DNA of 64,000 nucleotides from assembly GCA_963702095.1 (NCBI GenBank), contig OY969706.1:2432001-2496000 (forward strand), read 5' to 3'. Made by a program: the position numbers and the translations under genes. Below, one piece after another: positions 50,236-60,917 of the stretch; position 1 is the first letter of the stretch, and each line of letters starts with the position of its first letter. This DNA comes from Candidatus Bathyarchaeota archaeon. GTDB lineage: Archaea > Thermoproteota > Bathyarchaeia > Bathyarchaeales > Bathycorpusculaceae. The notes under the pieces were generated by a model. It searched no databases. It was given only the letters and a program-made list of their open reading frames with translations, and was not told where the DNA came from.

Positions 50236-52002
50236 CTAAGAAAGAAACCGCCTCGGATCAGTATCAATATCTACTATAACAGGTTTTTTAGCTTGCAATG
50301 CCCCATCCACGGCTGATTCGAGATCCGCTGGCTCAGTAACTTTAATGCCCACTCCCCCTGAATGCTCCGCAAAATCGGCGAAACTGTAATCATGCAGCTC
50401 GGTTTGCCAGCGCTCGTAGCCCTCAACTTTCTGCTCCTGCAAAATCATGCCCAAATGCTTGTTGTTTACAACGAAGATTTTGATGGGCAACTCGTATTTG
50501 AGTGCAGTTAAGAAGTCGCCTAAAACCATTGTTAAGCCACCGTCGCCTGTTATGCAGATAATCTGGCGCTCTGGATAAGCCAAAGCCGCCGCCAACGCGC
50601 CGGGTAAACCGAACCCCATCGTTGCCAAGTTGCCGCTCATAACCAGTTTCTGCGTCCGCTTCATGTTGAAGTTTCGTCCAAACCACCAGCAGTTCTCGCC
50701 CACATCGAGCGAAATCACTGCGTCTGACGCGACCTTCCGGTTTAGCACTTTCATGATGTATGGGGCTCGGATGGGCTTTGCAGATGCGTCTGCTTCTCGT
50801 TCCAGCTGGTCCAACCATGCTTTTTTGAGGCGCTCTACTTCAGCAACGTAGTCAGCGTTGTTTTTCTGTGCCACTTTCTCGGTTAATTTAGGGATCAGAA
50901 CGGCGCTGTTACCCAACAACGACACTTCAGCAGGGAAACGCCGTGCAATCATCAATGGATTTATGTCGATTTGAACCATGCGTTTGTGGGGAATCTGCGA
51001 TAAATCCGAAAAAGACACGCCTATGGCTATGAGCAAATCGGTTCTCTCCATCAGTATGCCTGCAGCGGTGGAGCCGATGCCGCCGTGGCAGCCCACGTAG
51101 AGCGGTTCGTCCGCGTCGACGAAGCCTTTAGCTGGGAAAGTCGAGATAATCGGTGCCCCAAGCTTTGAAGCCAGCGCCGTCACTTTGGTGCCTTGACCTC
51201 GGCAGCCAAACCCAATCAAAACCACCGGTCGAACCGAGCCATCAACGGCTTTTGCGGCTTTCTCAACCACCCAATCTTCCTGCCCATACGCCAAATTAGG
51301 CATCCTGCCCTCAAAAGGCGAAACCGGCGCGTCATAGGGCAACTTTGCAACATCGTTTGGGATACCGATGTGGGCAACGCCTTGGTTGAGCAGGGCATGT
51401 TTAATCGCCAAAGTAGCCAATGTGGTGGTTTGGTCTTCTGTCATTAGGGTTTTGTTGTAGACGCTTATGGGCGCAAAGAAGGCTTGGTGGTCGATTTCCT
51501 GCAGGGAACCTCTGCCGATTAGTTTGCGTGGAACCATACCGGTCAAAGCCAACACGGGAGAATGGTCCAGTTGTGCGTCGTACAAGCCGGTGGCGAGGTT
51601 TGTTGTGCCTGGACCCGAAATGGAGAGGCAGGCGGCTATGTGCCCTGTGAGTTTGCCGTATGCTGAAGCCATAAAAGCGGCGGTTTCTTCATGGCGAACT
51701 TGGATGTATTGGATTTTGCCCGATTTGCGTATGGCTTCTATGATGCTTAGGGTGGAGGTGCCGGGGATGCTGAAAACGTATTTGACGCCCCAAGCTGCAA
51801 GTTGGTTGATGAGTACATCTGAGACGGTGCTTGCCGACTTTGGCTCTTGCTTCTTTCCCTCTTCCGTGGCTAAGAGGACAAATGCGGATTTAGGCGCACC
51901 ACAAATTGGGCAAACCCACTCTTTAGGCAAATCCACAAAACGGACTTTCTCTTTTGCGTCGTCATAAACCCAGTTGCAGACGGTACACCGGTACTTCGCC
52001 AT
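50236..52002 (-). CDS. Rubredoxin-fused TPP enzyme (pyruvate oxidase/AHAS-like)
   Basis: CTVC...CPICGAPK; RHEETA, GPGTTN, GDGG...NN. Confidence 0.9.
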   Translation of the reverse strand: MAKYRCTVCNWVYDDAKEKVRFVDLPKEWVCPICGAPKSAFVLLATEEGKKQEPKSASTVSDVLINQLAAWGVKYVFSIPGTSTLSIIEAIRKSGKIQYIQVRHEETAAFMASAYGKLTGHIAACLSISGPGTTNLATGLYDAQLDHSPVLALTGMVPRKLIGRGSLQEIDHQAFFAPISVYNKTLMTEDQTTTLATLAIKHALLNQGVAHIGIPNDVAKLPYDAPVSPFEGRMPNLAYGQEDWVVEKAAKAVDGSVRPVVLIGFGCRGQGTKVTALASKLGAPIISTFPAKGFVDADEPLYVGCHGGIGSTAAGILMERTDLLIAIGVSFSDLSQIPHKRMVQIDINPLMIARRFPAEVSLLGNSAVLIPKLTEKVAQKNNADYVAEVERLKKAWLDQLEREADASAKPIRAPYIMKVLNRKVASDAVISLDVGENCWWFGRNFNMKRTQKLVMSGNLATMGFGLPGALAAALAYPERQIICITGDGGLTMVLGDFLTALKYELPIKIFVVNNKHLGMILQEQKVEGYERWQTELHDYSFADFAEHSGGVGIKVTEPADLESAVDGALQAKKPVIVDIDTDPRRFLS

Positions 52003-52091
52003 AAATAAGCCTCAAAACAAGAAAACTAAGAAGCTTCGCACTTATCAGCTTATTGGAAACAGAAAACTATCGCTGTATTTCTTTCAGATAG

Positions 52092-52418
52092 TTAGAGTTT
52101 AAGTGTTTCCTTGATTTTTTCGTTTATTTCTTTCTTAAGCTGGGGACCAATCTGCCCTAACTCCCCCATCACCAGCTTTTTTGATAAGGTTGCGATTTTT
52201 TCAATTTTTAGATATGAATCGGTTTTTAACCCTGTTAGTCCGAATTCTATATGGCTCTCTTGTATCAGCACATCATAAGCGGTTGCTTTACTTATTCTCG
52301 AAGAGACGAAGACTACCGTAACATCTTTTTCGGCCTCAAACAAAACAAGAGCGGGTCTAACTTTAGCCGCTGTTAAGTCAGTAAATGGAAAAACGATGAG
52401 AACTATTTTTCCTTTCAA
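52092..52418 (-). CDS. MazF/PemK toxin
   Basis: FPFTD...KVRPALV, TGLK.DS. Confidence 0.88.
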   Translation of the reverse strand: MKGKIVLIVFPFTDLTAAKVRPALVLFEAEKDVTVVFVSSRISKATAYDVLIQESHIEFGLTGLKTDSYLKIEKIATLSKKLVMGELGQIGPQLKKEINEKIKETLKL

Positions 52419-52618
52419 TTACGACTAACCTTTTTCTTAATATCATTAACTGAGTACAAATCGGGCTCTTCTTCCAAGAATTCTTTTAGAGCCTGTTCCT
52501 CAAGAACCATAATCGCGTCTGTTTCTCTTTCCTCGAGAAGAGAATCAAGTTTCTTGTTGACTTCTGAGAGCAAAGATTTGATTTCTTTAAGCTCAACCTC
52601 GATTGTCATTATTTCCAC
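52415..52618 (-). CDS. Putative antitoxin
   Basis: Small acidic protein (EEEPDLYS) overlapping the toxin start. Confidence 0.7.
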   Translation of the reverse strand: MEIMTIEVELKEIKSLLSEVNKKLDSLLEERETDAIMVLEEQALKEFLEEEPDLYSVNDIKKKVSRN

Positions 52619-52719
52619 AAATGCCTTATTGGCTTAATCTAATATAATAATTGTTGCTCAAACGAAAGAAATCGAATAATTCATAAACCGCTTCAACCCA
52701 ATTATTCCCTAACAGAAGG

Positions 52720-53661
52720 ATGCCTGTCATGGAGAATTGGGATGTTATAATAGTGGGCGCTGGCTCAGCGGGATTAGCCGCAGCCATTTACGCAGTCCGC
52801 AGTGGACTCAAAACCCTAGTTTTGGACGAGAAATTCGCAGGCGGCACAATCACTGACGCCCCAACAATCGTAAACTACCCAGGTTTCGTCTCCATCAGTG
52901 GAGGCGATTTAGCACTGAAAATGGCTGATCACACTCGAGCCTTGGGCGCAACCATACATGATATCGAAGCCGTAACCGCCCTCAACCTCCAAGGCGAAAA
53001 CAAAACCGTAACCACCACCGCCACCACCTACGGCGCCAAAGCCGTCATTATCTCCACAGGTTCACATTACAAAGAAATCGGCGCCAAAGGCGAAAAAGAG
53101 TTCCGCGGCAAAGGCGTGAGCTACTGCGGCGTCTGCGATGGCCCCTTTTTCAAGGGCAAACGGGTCCTCGTTGTCGGCGGCGGCAACTCTGCTTGCATCA
53201 CCACCCTCTACCTATCAGGCTTAGCCGCACAGGTCACCGTCATACATAGACGCCAAATGTTCCGTGCTGAAGAATCCTTAGTCAACGACATAAACACAAA
53301 GGGTAACGTCAAAATCGTGTGGAACACTGAAATCCAAGAGATTAAAGGCGATAAACAGGTGCGCTCCGTAGCCTTAATCGACAACTCCACGGGGCAAACC
53401 AGCGAAATCCCCGTTGACGCCATTTTTGTGCAGGTGGGCGAAGCACCGAACAGTCAGATCGCACAAGCCAGCGGTGTAGAGGTGGACGAGCATGGCTATG
53501 TAAAAATTGACATCCGCCAACACACCAACCTCGAAGGCGTTTATGCTGCAGGCGACATCACTAACCACCCGGTGAAGCAGGTGGGAACAGCGGTTGGACA
53601 GGGAATAACGGCGGCGCTTGAAGCATACGCCTACATCAGACGACCATACTACAAAAAATAA
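52720..53661 (+). CDS. trxB: Thioredoxin reductase
   Basis: GAGSAG, CGVCDG, GGGNSA, AAGD. Confidence 0.93.
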   Translation: MPVMENWDVIIVGAGSAGLAAAIYAVRSGLKTLVLDEKFAGGTITDAPTIVNYPGFVSISGGDLALKMADHTRALGATIHDIEAVTALNLQGENKTVTTTATTYGAKAVIISTGSHYKEIGAKGEKEFRGKGVSYCGVCDGPFFKGKRVLVVGGGNSACITTLYLSGLAAQVTVIHRRQMFRAEESLVNDINTKGNVKIVWNTEIQEIKGDKQVRSVALIDNSTGQTSEIPVDAIFVQVGEAPNSQIAQASGVEVDEHGYVKIDIRQHTNLEGVYAAGDITNHPVKQVGTAVGQGITAALEAYAYIRRPYYKK

Positions 53662-54127
53662 TGGCGCTCCCCCGTCTGTTTCCACAACCATCCTGCAATC
53701 CATTTCCGATTTAAAACGCAAAAAACAGTCGCCAGCCAAGCCCCCAGAAGAAGATGAGCAAGGGCACCTCTGCCTTCATCTAACACTAGAAAAACAAAAA
53801 GCGAAATTTTGATCCACTGGTTTATAGGGAGGATAGTTGCTGAGCAACAGAACCTGCGCATACAACCAATAATGGCGCCATCAGGCGTAAAACTGGACAA
53901 TTGTTAACTGTTCTATCATGCAATCTTTTGTAAAGTACAGTGCTGTTTGGGTTGACTGAAAAACAGGCAAATAATACGTTTGTTAACATCTCGGTATATA
54001 TGGAGTTTTCATTATTTTGCGGGGGAAGGATTATATGATTCTTAAAACCTCTCTGTGCCTTCAAAGCGCTTTTAGCATGCACGCTAAAGCGTCGAGTTAA
54101 TGGCGGAAAAGCAAAAGAGGTTTACTA

Positions 54128-55349
54128 ATGAGTGAGAAATGTCTCGCTGCAGTTGAGATAAATCAAGACCTGTGCAGTAGATGTTATGTCTGCAAATCCA
54201 TCTGTCCCTATGAAGCCATAAAAGCTGACTCGACTGGGAAAGTTGAGATTAACATAGAGGATTGCCAAGTCTGTGGCATCTGCTACAGTGCCTGTCCAGC
54301 TTCAGCCATAAAAATGCAGTATTACACATACGATAACCTAACAGAATACCTAAAAAGCGCCCAGGCAAAAAGCGCCTAAAACCGAAACACTGGTTCTGAT
54401 GTGCAGAGGAAACTCGCCTAACAGCGGCGAAGTCAAAGACATCCTAAAAGAGCAAGGACTCAAAGTATCCGATTACCTCTCGTTGCGTTTGCCCTGTGCC
54501 GGCAGAGTCCCAACCGACTTTGTTTTCGAAGCCCTAAACTTAGGCATAAAAAACATCGTTTCCATCCAATGTGAAGACCCCTTCTGCCGCTACAAAGAAG
54601 GCACAAAAATCAACACACGCAGACTCGCATTGGCAAAAAATGTGCTCCAACAACTCGGCTACGACGAAAACGCCGTTCGAGTCATCAAGTACAGCCGCAA
54701 AGCAGTCTACGACGTGCTCGAATGTGTGGGCTGCGACAAATGCATATTCATCTGTCCCTACGGCGCATTAGAATTCGAATCCTTCGCAACACCAAAAGTA
54801 ATCGAAGAGAAATGTGTGGGTTGCGGTGCATGCCAGTTGGTTTGTCCACATCACGCCATACAAGTCAAAGGCTTCGAATTCGAAAATGTGCTTAACCGTT
54901 ACAACAGCGCTGCAGAAGCCATCAAAGCCAAAGGCAACAGCCCAGCAGTTCTCGCATTTATCTGTCAATGGTCAGAGTTCTCTGCTTTGGATAACCCTAA
55001 CAAAGCCTTTGAAGGCAAAAACGTGTTGGCGCTTGAAGTGCCCTGCTTCAAATCCCTCGACCCCGTCCACGTTGTCAACGCACTCAACTGCGGCTTTGAC
55101 GGCGTCATGGCAGTGGTTTGCTCCTCCAAGGACTGCAAGCTACAGGAGGGCAGAGACACAGCTGAACGCAACTTAGGCGTCATGCTTGATGTCCTCAAAA
55201 AAGAAGGCTTACTTGATAGGTTTACGCTCTACGAGGAGTCGCCTCGCTGCGACGGGGACTTCCAAGCCAAAGTAGACGAGTTCTACCAGAAAATAACCAA
55301 GTTATCTAAAACAGCTAAACTGGAGGCACTACAGCAATGTACAGAATAA
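54128..55349 (+). CDS. Tandem ferredoxin-MvhD fusion protein, apparent frameshift near 54370
   Basis: Four CxxCxxCxxxCP motifs; two MvhD-like domains (LPCAGRV...CEDPFCRY.EG; AFICQW..VPC..CSSKDC..EG); deleting one A joins the two ORFs. Confidence 0.8.
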
Positions 55350-56188
55350 TCAGCAAAACCGAGCTTGTGCCAAAAATCAAGCTCTTCGAAGTTGAAGCCC
55401 CAGATATCGCCGCAAAAGCCCACCCAGGCCAATTCTTAATAGTCATCCACGGCAAAAAGGGTGAGCGCATCCCCTTAACCATCTGTGGCTATGACACCGA
55501 AAAAGGCACGGTTTCGTTTGCGTTCCATGAAGTGGGCAAAAGCACCAAAGACCTCGGCAAACTAGGCGTCGGCGACGAAATCGACAATGTTACCGGACCA
55601 TTGGGTAATCCCTCTGAAATCAAGAACTATGGCAAGGTGCTGTGTGTCGGCGGCAGCGTTATGATTGCGCCGCTTCTGCTGCAGTCTAAAGCCATGAAGG
55701 AAGCCGGCAACAACGTCACAACAGTAATTGGCGCACGCACAGAACCCTTCATCATGATGGAGGAAGAGGCAAACGAGTACAGCGACAAAGTCTACCTCTC
55801 AACTGACGACGGCTCCAAAGGCTACCAAGGCTTAGACTTCCTCACTGAATTGCTCAAAGAAGAAAAGTTTGACCGATGCGTCGTTATGGGTCCAGTTATC
55901 CTGATGAAAGATGTTTCGGCAATCACCAAGCCCTATGGCATCCCAACCATAGTCACAACTACGCCGATTATGATTGACGGCATGGGCATGTGTGGGGTTT
56001 GCCGCGTGACGGTCGGGGGCAAAATGCTCTTCGGTTGCGTGGATGGACCTGAATTTGACGGTCACCAAGTTGATTTTGACGAGTTGATTCTGCGTCAACG
56101 CACGATGCTTCCTGAGGAACGGTTAAGCAGCGTGTTGGCAGAACTGCATGAACATGGAGGTTGCAAGTGTGGCAGAAACAAAGCCTAA
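55337..56188 (+). CDS. nfnA: NfnA/SudB-like small subunit
   Basis: PGQF, GERIPLT, GPLG, DGMGMCGVCR, CVDGPEF. Confidence 0.9.
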   Translation: MYRIISKTELVPKIKLFEVEAPDIAAKAHPGQFLIVIHGKKGERIPLTICGYDTEKGTVSFAFHEVGKSTKDLGKLGVGDEIDNVTGPLGNPSEIKNYGKVLCVGGSVMIAPLLLQSKAMKEAGNNVTTVIGARTEPFIMMEEEANEYSDKVYLSTDDGSKGYQGLDFLTELLKEEKFDRCVVMGPVILMKDVSAITKPYGIPTIVTTTPIMIDGMGMCGVCRVTVGGKMLFGCVDGPEFDGHQVDFDELILRQRTMLPEERLSSVLAELHEHGGCKCGRNKA

Positions 56189-57581
56189 ATTTAAACTAAA
56201 CAAGAAAGCAGTTGAAATGGCAAAGCAGGACCCCAAAGTCCGCGCTAAAAACTTCAGCGAAGTCGCACTGGGCTACACCGAAGCGGAAGCCCAAGAAGAA
56301 GCTAACCGGTGCCTACAGTGCCCCAACCCGATGTGCAGAGGCGGTTGTCCCGTTGAAGTCCCGATTCCACAGTTCATCAAAGCCATTAAAGAAAAGAAGT
56401 ACGCTGAAGGCATCCAAATCATTAAAACCAAAAATGCGTTGCCCGCTGTGTGCGGTCGTGTTTGTCCACAGGAATCGCAGTGCCAAGCCAAATGCGTCAT
56501 CGGCAGAATGGGCGAACCCGTCAGCATAGGACGCCTTGAACGGTTCTTGGCGGATTGGGAACGTGACAACGGTTCCCAGTTGCCCCCCAAAGCGGAGCCA
56601 ACAGGCAAAAAAGTTGCAGTCATCGGTGCAGGCCCCGCAGGCTTAACTGTCGCAGCAGACCTCGTCAAGCAAGGCCACGAAATCACCATCTTCGAAGCAT
56701 TACACGTCGGAGGCGGAGTGCTCTCTTATGGCATCCCCGAGTTCCGTCTGCCAAAAGCAATCGTGCAAAACGAGGTAGAATATGTGCAGAAACTCGGCGC
56801 CAACCTTAAACTTGGCAACTTAATCGGCAGAATCCACACCATCCCCGAACTCATGAAGCAAGGCGGCTACGACGCAGTCTTCATTGGCTCTGGTGCAGGT
56901 TTGCCTCAGTTCACAGGGTGCCCCGGCGAAAACTTAGGCGGCATCTACAGCGCCAACGAATTCCTCATCCGAGTCAACCTCATGAAGGCTTTCCAGTTCC
57001 CAGAATACGACACACCCATCAGAGTGGGCAAACACGTGGTGGTCATCGGCGGCGGCAACGTTGCGATGGACTGCGCAAGATGCAGCATGCGCTTGGGCGC
57101 TGATGTTTGCCTGCTGTATAGGCGTGGACGCGAAGAGTTACCGGCAAGGCACGAGGAAATTGAGAACGCTGAGGAAGAAGGGTTGGTTTGCAAGTTTTTG
57201 GCGGCGCCACTGGAGTTTTACGGTGACGGCAAGGGCTGGGTGAAAGCCATGAAATGCATTGCTATGGAACTCACGGAGCCAGATGCTAAAGGCAGACGAG
57301 GAGTCAAACCCATAGTGGGCTCAGAATTCGTCATGGACGTTGACACAGTCATAATCGCCATCGGACAAACCCCCAACCCCATCATCCAACGCACCACCGA
57401 CGGCTTACAAAGCGACCCAAGACACGGAACCATCACAGTCAACGAAGACGGCAAAACCAGCCTCGACGGAGTCTACGCAGGCGGAGACGTCGCCACAGGA
57501 GCAGCCACAGTCATCTCTGCGATGGGTGCCGGCAAACGCGCAGCCAAAGCCATGCACGAATACCTCATTAACAAAAAATGA
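56169..57581 (+). CDS. nfnB: NfnB/SudA-like large subunit (GltD-like)
   Basis: RCLQC, CGRVCPQE, GAGPAG, YGIPEFRL, GGGNVAMD, YRR. Confidence 0.9.
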   Translation: MAETKPKFKLNKKAVEMAKQDPKVRAKNFSEVALGYTEAEAQEEANRCLQCPNPMCRGGCPVEVPIPQFIKAIKEKKYAEGIQIIKTKNALPAVCGRVCPQESQCQAKCVIGRMGEPVSIGRLERFLADWERDNGSQLPPKAEPTGKKVAVIGAGPAGLTVAADLVKQGHEITIFEALHVGGGVLSYGIPEFRLPKAIVQNEVEYVQKLGANLKLGNLIGRIHTIPELMKQGGYDAVFIGSGAGLPQFTGCPGENLGGIYSANEFLIRVNLMKAFQFPEYDTPIRVGKHVVVIGGGNVAMDCARCSMRLGADVCLLYRRGREELPARHEEIENAEEEGLVCKFLAAPLEFYGDGKGWVKAMKCIAMELTEPDAKGRRGVKPIVGSEFVMDVDTVIIAIGQTPNPIIQRTTDGLQSDPRHGTITVNEDGKTSLDGVYAGGDVATGAATVISAMGAGKRAAKAMHEYLINKK

Positions 57582-57649
57582 CCCATCAGTTTTTTGAGGG
57601 CATATTTTTTAACGTTTATTGACTGCTCTTTTGTCCAGTAATGCCCTCC

Positions 57650-57698
57650 CCTCTATAGTTTCTGCAATGAATCTCTAATAGCCGCCAAATATGATGGC
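57650..57698 (+). repeat. Dispersed intergenic repeat, copy 2
   Basis: Similar to 11164-11213. Confidence 0.65.
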
Positions 57699-57702
57699 TA
57701 CA

Positions 57703-58611
57703 TTACCTTCTTCGACGCAGATAAACAACCACAAAAACCAACAACACCGCAATAACACCGAGCAATACAGCTATAGCAATCTCCACTGCGTTCAAGTTTA
57801 GAAACGTCGAGTAGCCAGATACAAGCTGGCCTGATGTGGCTGTTGGGTTCTGAGGGCAGGTTGACATTGGAGTCGGCGGTGTTGAAGGTTCAACCTGAGG
57901 AGTTGCAGTTGGAGTGGGTGCAACCGCTGAGGTGTGTGAAGAGGACACAAAAACTGAACCTGCAATCATTGTTATTGTTTGTGTGCTACTCCAATCGCTT
58001 TCTGCAGAGACGTCAAACGCGTTGCCGTCATAGAGAGGAAACATGTGGTCAGTATTCCAAAAAAACTTTTGGTAACCCACGAACGCTTTAACTTGAATAT
58101 CGATCTGGTCACCGTTCCGCATAGGCCAGATGCTTTGTCCTTTAACATAAGTTAAAATGGTGTACCCTGAGTTTGACGCTTGGATTTTTGTTGTTTGATA
58201 TTCAATAGGCCAAGGCACATATGAATCTGATGGACGAACCGCAGAAACTGACTGCTCCTGCCACTCAGTTCCAAAGTGCCCCTTAACACGCACGGTATAG
58301 TACAAACCATTGTCCGAGTTATTTCCAAGCGACTCTGAAGACAACGGCTGGTTCTTGATGGATAGCTCTATTGTTTTGTTTTCCACGTGGTATCCGCCGC
58401 TTCTATGGGTTACTTGCTGTCCGTTATAGGGGTCTGTTGTGGTAGTAATAACGAGCGGAACATCATATGAGTTATCTACATACTCAATTGTGAATTGGGG
58501 AACGGAAGGATTAGGTGCCGATGATTCAGCCTTCGCAATATCCAAATAACCGACTACTCCGCTAACCATCAACACAATCAGGAACGGTGTTAATAATTTC
58601 TTAGAGGCCAT
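57703..58611 (-). CDS. Secreted, membrane-anchored protein (PSxPEF family)
   Basis: PSVPQF, TDPYNG, IKNQP, LYYTVRVKGH, SDWS; TM plus RRRR. Confidence 0.75.
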   Translation of the reverse strand: MASKKLLTPFLIVLMVSGVVGYLDIAKAESSAPNPSVPQFTIEYVDNSYDVPLVITTTTDPYNGQQVTHRSGGYHVENKTIELSIKNQPLSSESLGNNSDNGLYYTVRVKGHFGTEWQEQSVSAVRPSDSYVPWPIEYQTTKIQASNSGYTILTYVKGQSIWPMRNGDQIDIQVKAFVGYQKFFWNTDHMFPLYDGNAFDVSAESDWSSTQTITMIAGSVFVSSSHTSAVAPTPTATPQVEPSTPPTPMSTCPQNPTATSGQLVSGYSTFLNLNAVEIAIAVLLGVIAVLLVFVVVYLRRRR

Positions 58612-59443
58612 CTTGTTTTCTCTCCAAAACCCTGATTCTCCTACCTTGAAGAGCAATAACCACAACCAACAATGCAATCACTATGCTCACAACAACGAAG
58701 ACAACAACTTCTAACCAATCGAAATCAAACCCAAACAATGAAAAACTCTCCGCTGCTTGTTCAGGCGTTAATGTTGGGGTTTCAGAGGGTGTAGCAGTCG
58801 ATGAAACTGTTGAATGCGGCGATATTGACTGTGAAACCGTCGGGTTTGAGGTAGATGCGGAAACTGAAACTTCCGGTATGCTTATTGTCAGGGTGTCGCT
58901 CCATCCGCTGACTTCACCGTTAAAGGTGTAATAGTGTGTATCCATGAACTGCATAGGATAAAATATCTCGGTAAAGGTCCCAATTTGTGCTTGAACCCTA
59001 TAATCCATTTGCCCTTCGGCTGGAAGATTTGATAGAGAAATAACCGTATGCTCAGAGTCTGACTGCCTAGTGAACCAGCCCGTATTGCTGTCATAACCAA
59101 TGTAGCTCCACTTAGTTCCGTAATGGCCCTTATAGCTAACGTTATAATATAGACTGGCGTAACTGCCATCGCTTAGCATAGGCAAAGGTTGATTCTCAAT
59201 GGTAATTTCGACTGATTTATTCTCAGCATGGTATCCAGCTTGCTGCGTGACTGTTTTACCTGTATAGGGGTCGGTAGTAGTAATGGGTGCAACATTATAG
59301 GGATGTTCAACAAACTTTACAGTGAATTCTGGTACTGACGGTTTAGGTAGTATTGCCTGAGCTGATGTGGGAAGAGTTAATGGAGTGCTAACTGTCAATA
59401 CCAGCAGAATAGCCAATGAAGCAACTGTTCCCATTTTGTTCAT
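58601..59443 (-). CDS. Secreted, membrane-anchored protein (PSxPEF family)
   Basis: PKPSVPEFTV, TDPYTG, IENQP, LYYNVSYKGH, VQAQIG, SGWS. Confidence 0.75.
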   Translation of the reverse strand: MNKMGTVASLAILLVLTVSTPLTLPTSAQAILPKPSVPEFTVKFVEHPYNVAPITTTDPYTGKTVTQQAGYHAENKSVEITIENQPLPMLSDGSYASLYYNVSYKGHYGTKWSYIGYDSNTGWFTRQSDSEHTVISLSNLPAEGQMDYRVQAQIGTFTEIFYPMQFMDTHYYTFNGEVSGWSDTLTISIPEVSVSASTSNPTVSQSISPHSTVSSTATPSETPTLTPEQAAESFSLFGFDFDWLEVVVFVVVSIVIALLVVVIALQGRRIRVLERKQDGL

Positions 59444-59606
59444 GGATTCATCCTGGGTTGGTTTGCCAATTAACGGCTTCTTGTACAGGTTTCTTGACAA
59501 GGCTCAGTCCACATTCCTTGACTAACCACCGATTGCCTCCGAAGTGTTGAGGAATGGTTTAATTCTTATATGCAAGCAGCCATTACCCCCTTTGAGGGAA
59601 AACGGG

Positions 59607-60188
59607 TTGAGCAACCAAGAGTCACAAATAACGGTCTACACAATCGGCCATAGCACCCGATCAATAGAGGAATTCATTGAGCTCCTCCAAACCTACCACA
59701 TCACCCTACTCATCGACGTCCGCACCGCCCCCCATAGCCGCCACAACCCCCAATTCAACAAAGAAGCCCTCCCCACCACCCTAAAACACCAAAGCGTCAA
59801 ATACATCCACCTCCCCGAAATCGGAGGCTTACGCCACCCCAAACCCGACAGCATCAACCTCGCCCTAGAAAACGCCAGCTTCCGCGGCTACGCCGACTAC
59901 ATGCAAACCAAAGAATTCACCGACGCCCTCCTCAAAATCATGGCGTTGGCAAGGGAGAACTGTGTGGCGTTGATGTGCGCGGAGGCGCTGCCATGGAAAT
60001 GCCACCGATTCCTAATTAGCGATGCGTTGGTGGCGAGGCATGTTAGGGTGCTGCATATCATCGGCAAAGACAGCACAATCACCCATCAACTCAACGAGTT
60101 GGCACATGTGGAAGGCAGCCAAGTGACTTATCCACTGTATAGTAAAGAGACACCGCAGAGAAAGTTGGGTGATTTTGGGTCAGTTTGA
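59607..60188 (+). CDS. DUF488 family protein
   Basis: TIGHS, DVR, ALMCAE...CHR. Confidence 0.9.
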   Translation: MSNQESQITVYTIGHSTRSIEEFIELLQTYHITLLIDVRTAPHSRHNPQFNKEALPTTLKHQSVKYIHLPEIGGLRHPKPDSINLALENASFRGYADYMQTKEFTDALLKIMALARENCVALMCAEALPWKCHRFLISDALVARHVRVLHIIGKDSTITHQLNELAHVEGSQVTYPLYSKETPQRKLGDFGSV

Positions 60189-60253
60189 GTGGTCTTTTTG
60201 GGTATTGTTTTTGTTCGGCGGTTTGTTGTGTTAGGTAACTTTATAAGCCTAAT

Positions 60254-60285
60254 GTTAGAAATATGTAACGTTAGAAATACATAAC
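60254..60285. promoter_or_regulatory. Tandem operator, probably for the XRE regulator
   Basis: GTTAGAAATATGTAAC followed directly by GTTAGAAATACATAAC, between TTTATAA and the ATG. Confidence 0.65.
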
Positions 60286-60288
60286 AAT

Positions 60289-60561
60289 ATGAGCGAGAAC
60301 AAAATGCATACCAGTAAAATCCCCAATAGAAACGGCAAATACCAATGGACTCAAGGCTTCTACGGATTTTTAGGCTTTATCGGCTTTCAAGCGTTTATGG
60401 CATTCTCAACAGATAACCCGCTATACCTGTTCATGTTCAGCTGCTTTAGCCTCTTTTGGCTTTTCCGCTACTGGAAAGAAGAACTCAAATATCTAGGCTT
60501 TTTAGGTATTTTGGGCTTGATTGTTCCAGCACTCGGGGCCATAGGAGCATTCACACTTTAG
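60289..60561 (+). CDS. Small membrane protein (DUF3796-like)
   Basis: GFLGFIGF and YLGFLG motifs. Confidence 0.7.
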   Translation: MSENKMHTSKIPNRNGKYQWTQGFYGFLGFIGFQAFMAFSTDNPLYLFMFSCFSLFWLFRYWKEELKYLGFLGILGLIVPALGAIGAFTL

Positions 60562-60572
60562 GAGATTTGTAG

Positions 60573-60917
60573 ATGCCAAAATTTAATGAACGCTACTTCG
60601 GCTTCTTAGGATTCCTCGGCTTTGCAGGATTCACAGAAGGCAACTCATTTTTCTACGTATTATTTATGCTGTTTTTCCTCTTTCTGTTTGCTAGACCCAA
60701 AACCAAGGAAGGGACAGTTCTAAGTGATGAACGGTGGAGCACAAACGTAACTAAGGCAGGTCGCAACGCATTCTTTGTCTTCCTAATCCCCTCCATGCTA
60801 AGCGTTGCCTACTTAACGGGCACTAACGTATTCATGTTGGCGTTTGAAGTGATTCCAATTGCAGCCCTGTTGTCATTCGTTGCTTTCTTCATATACTATG
60901 ATTGGACAGGAGACTAG
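60573..60917 (+). CDS. Membrane protein (DUF3796/DUF2178-like)
   Basis: [11 protein letters not shown]...KAGRNAF. Confidence 0.75.
   Translation: MPKFNERYFGFLGFLGFAGFTEGNSFFYVLFMLFFLFLFARPKTKEGTVLSDERWSTNVTKAGRNAFFVFLIPSMLSVAYLTGTNVFMLAFEVIPIAALLSFVAFFIYYDWTGD

Noticed and set aside
53650-53880. AATAATGGCGC repeated at the trxB end and about 210 bp downstream
   Set aside because: An 11-bp match with no identifiable cargo between the copies
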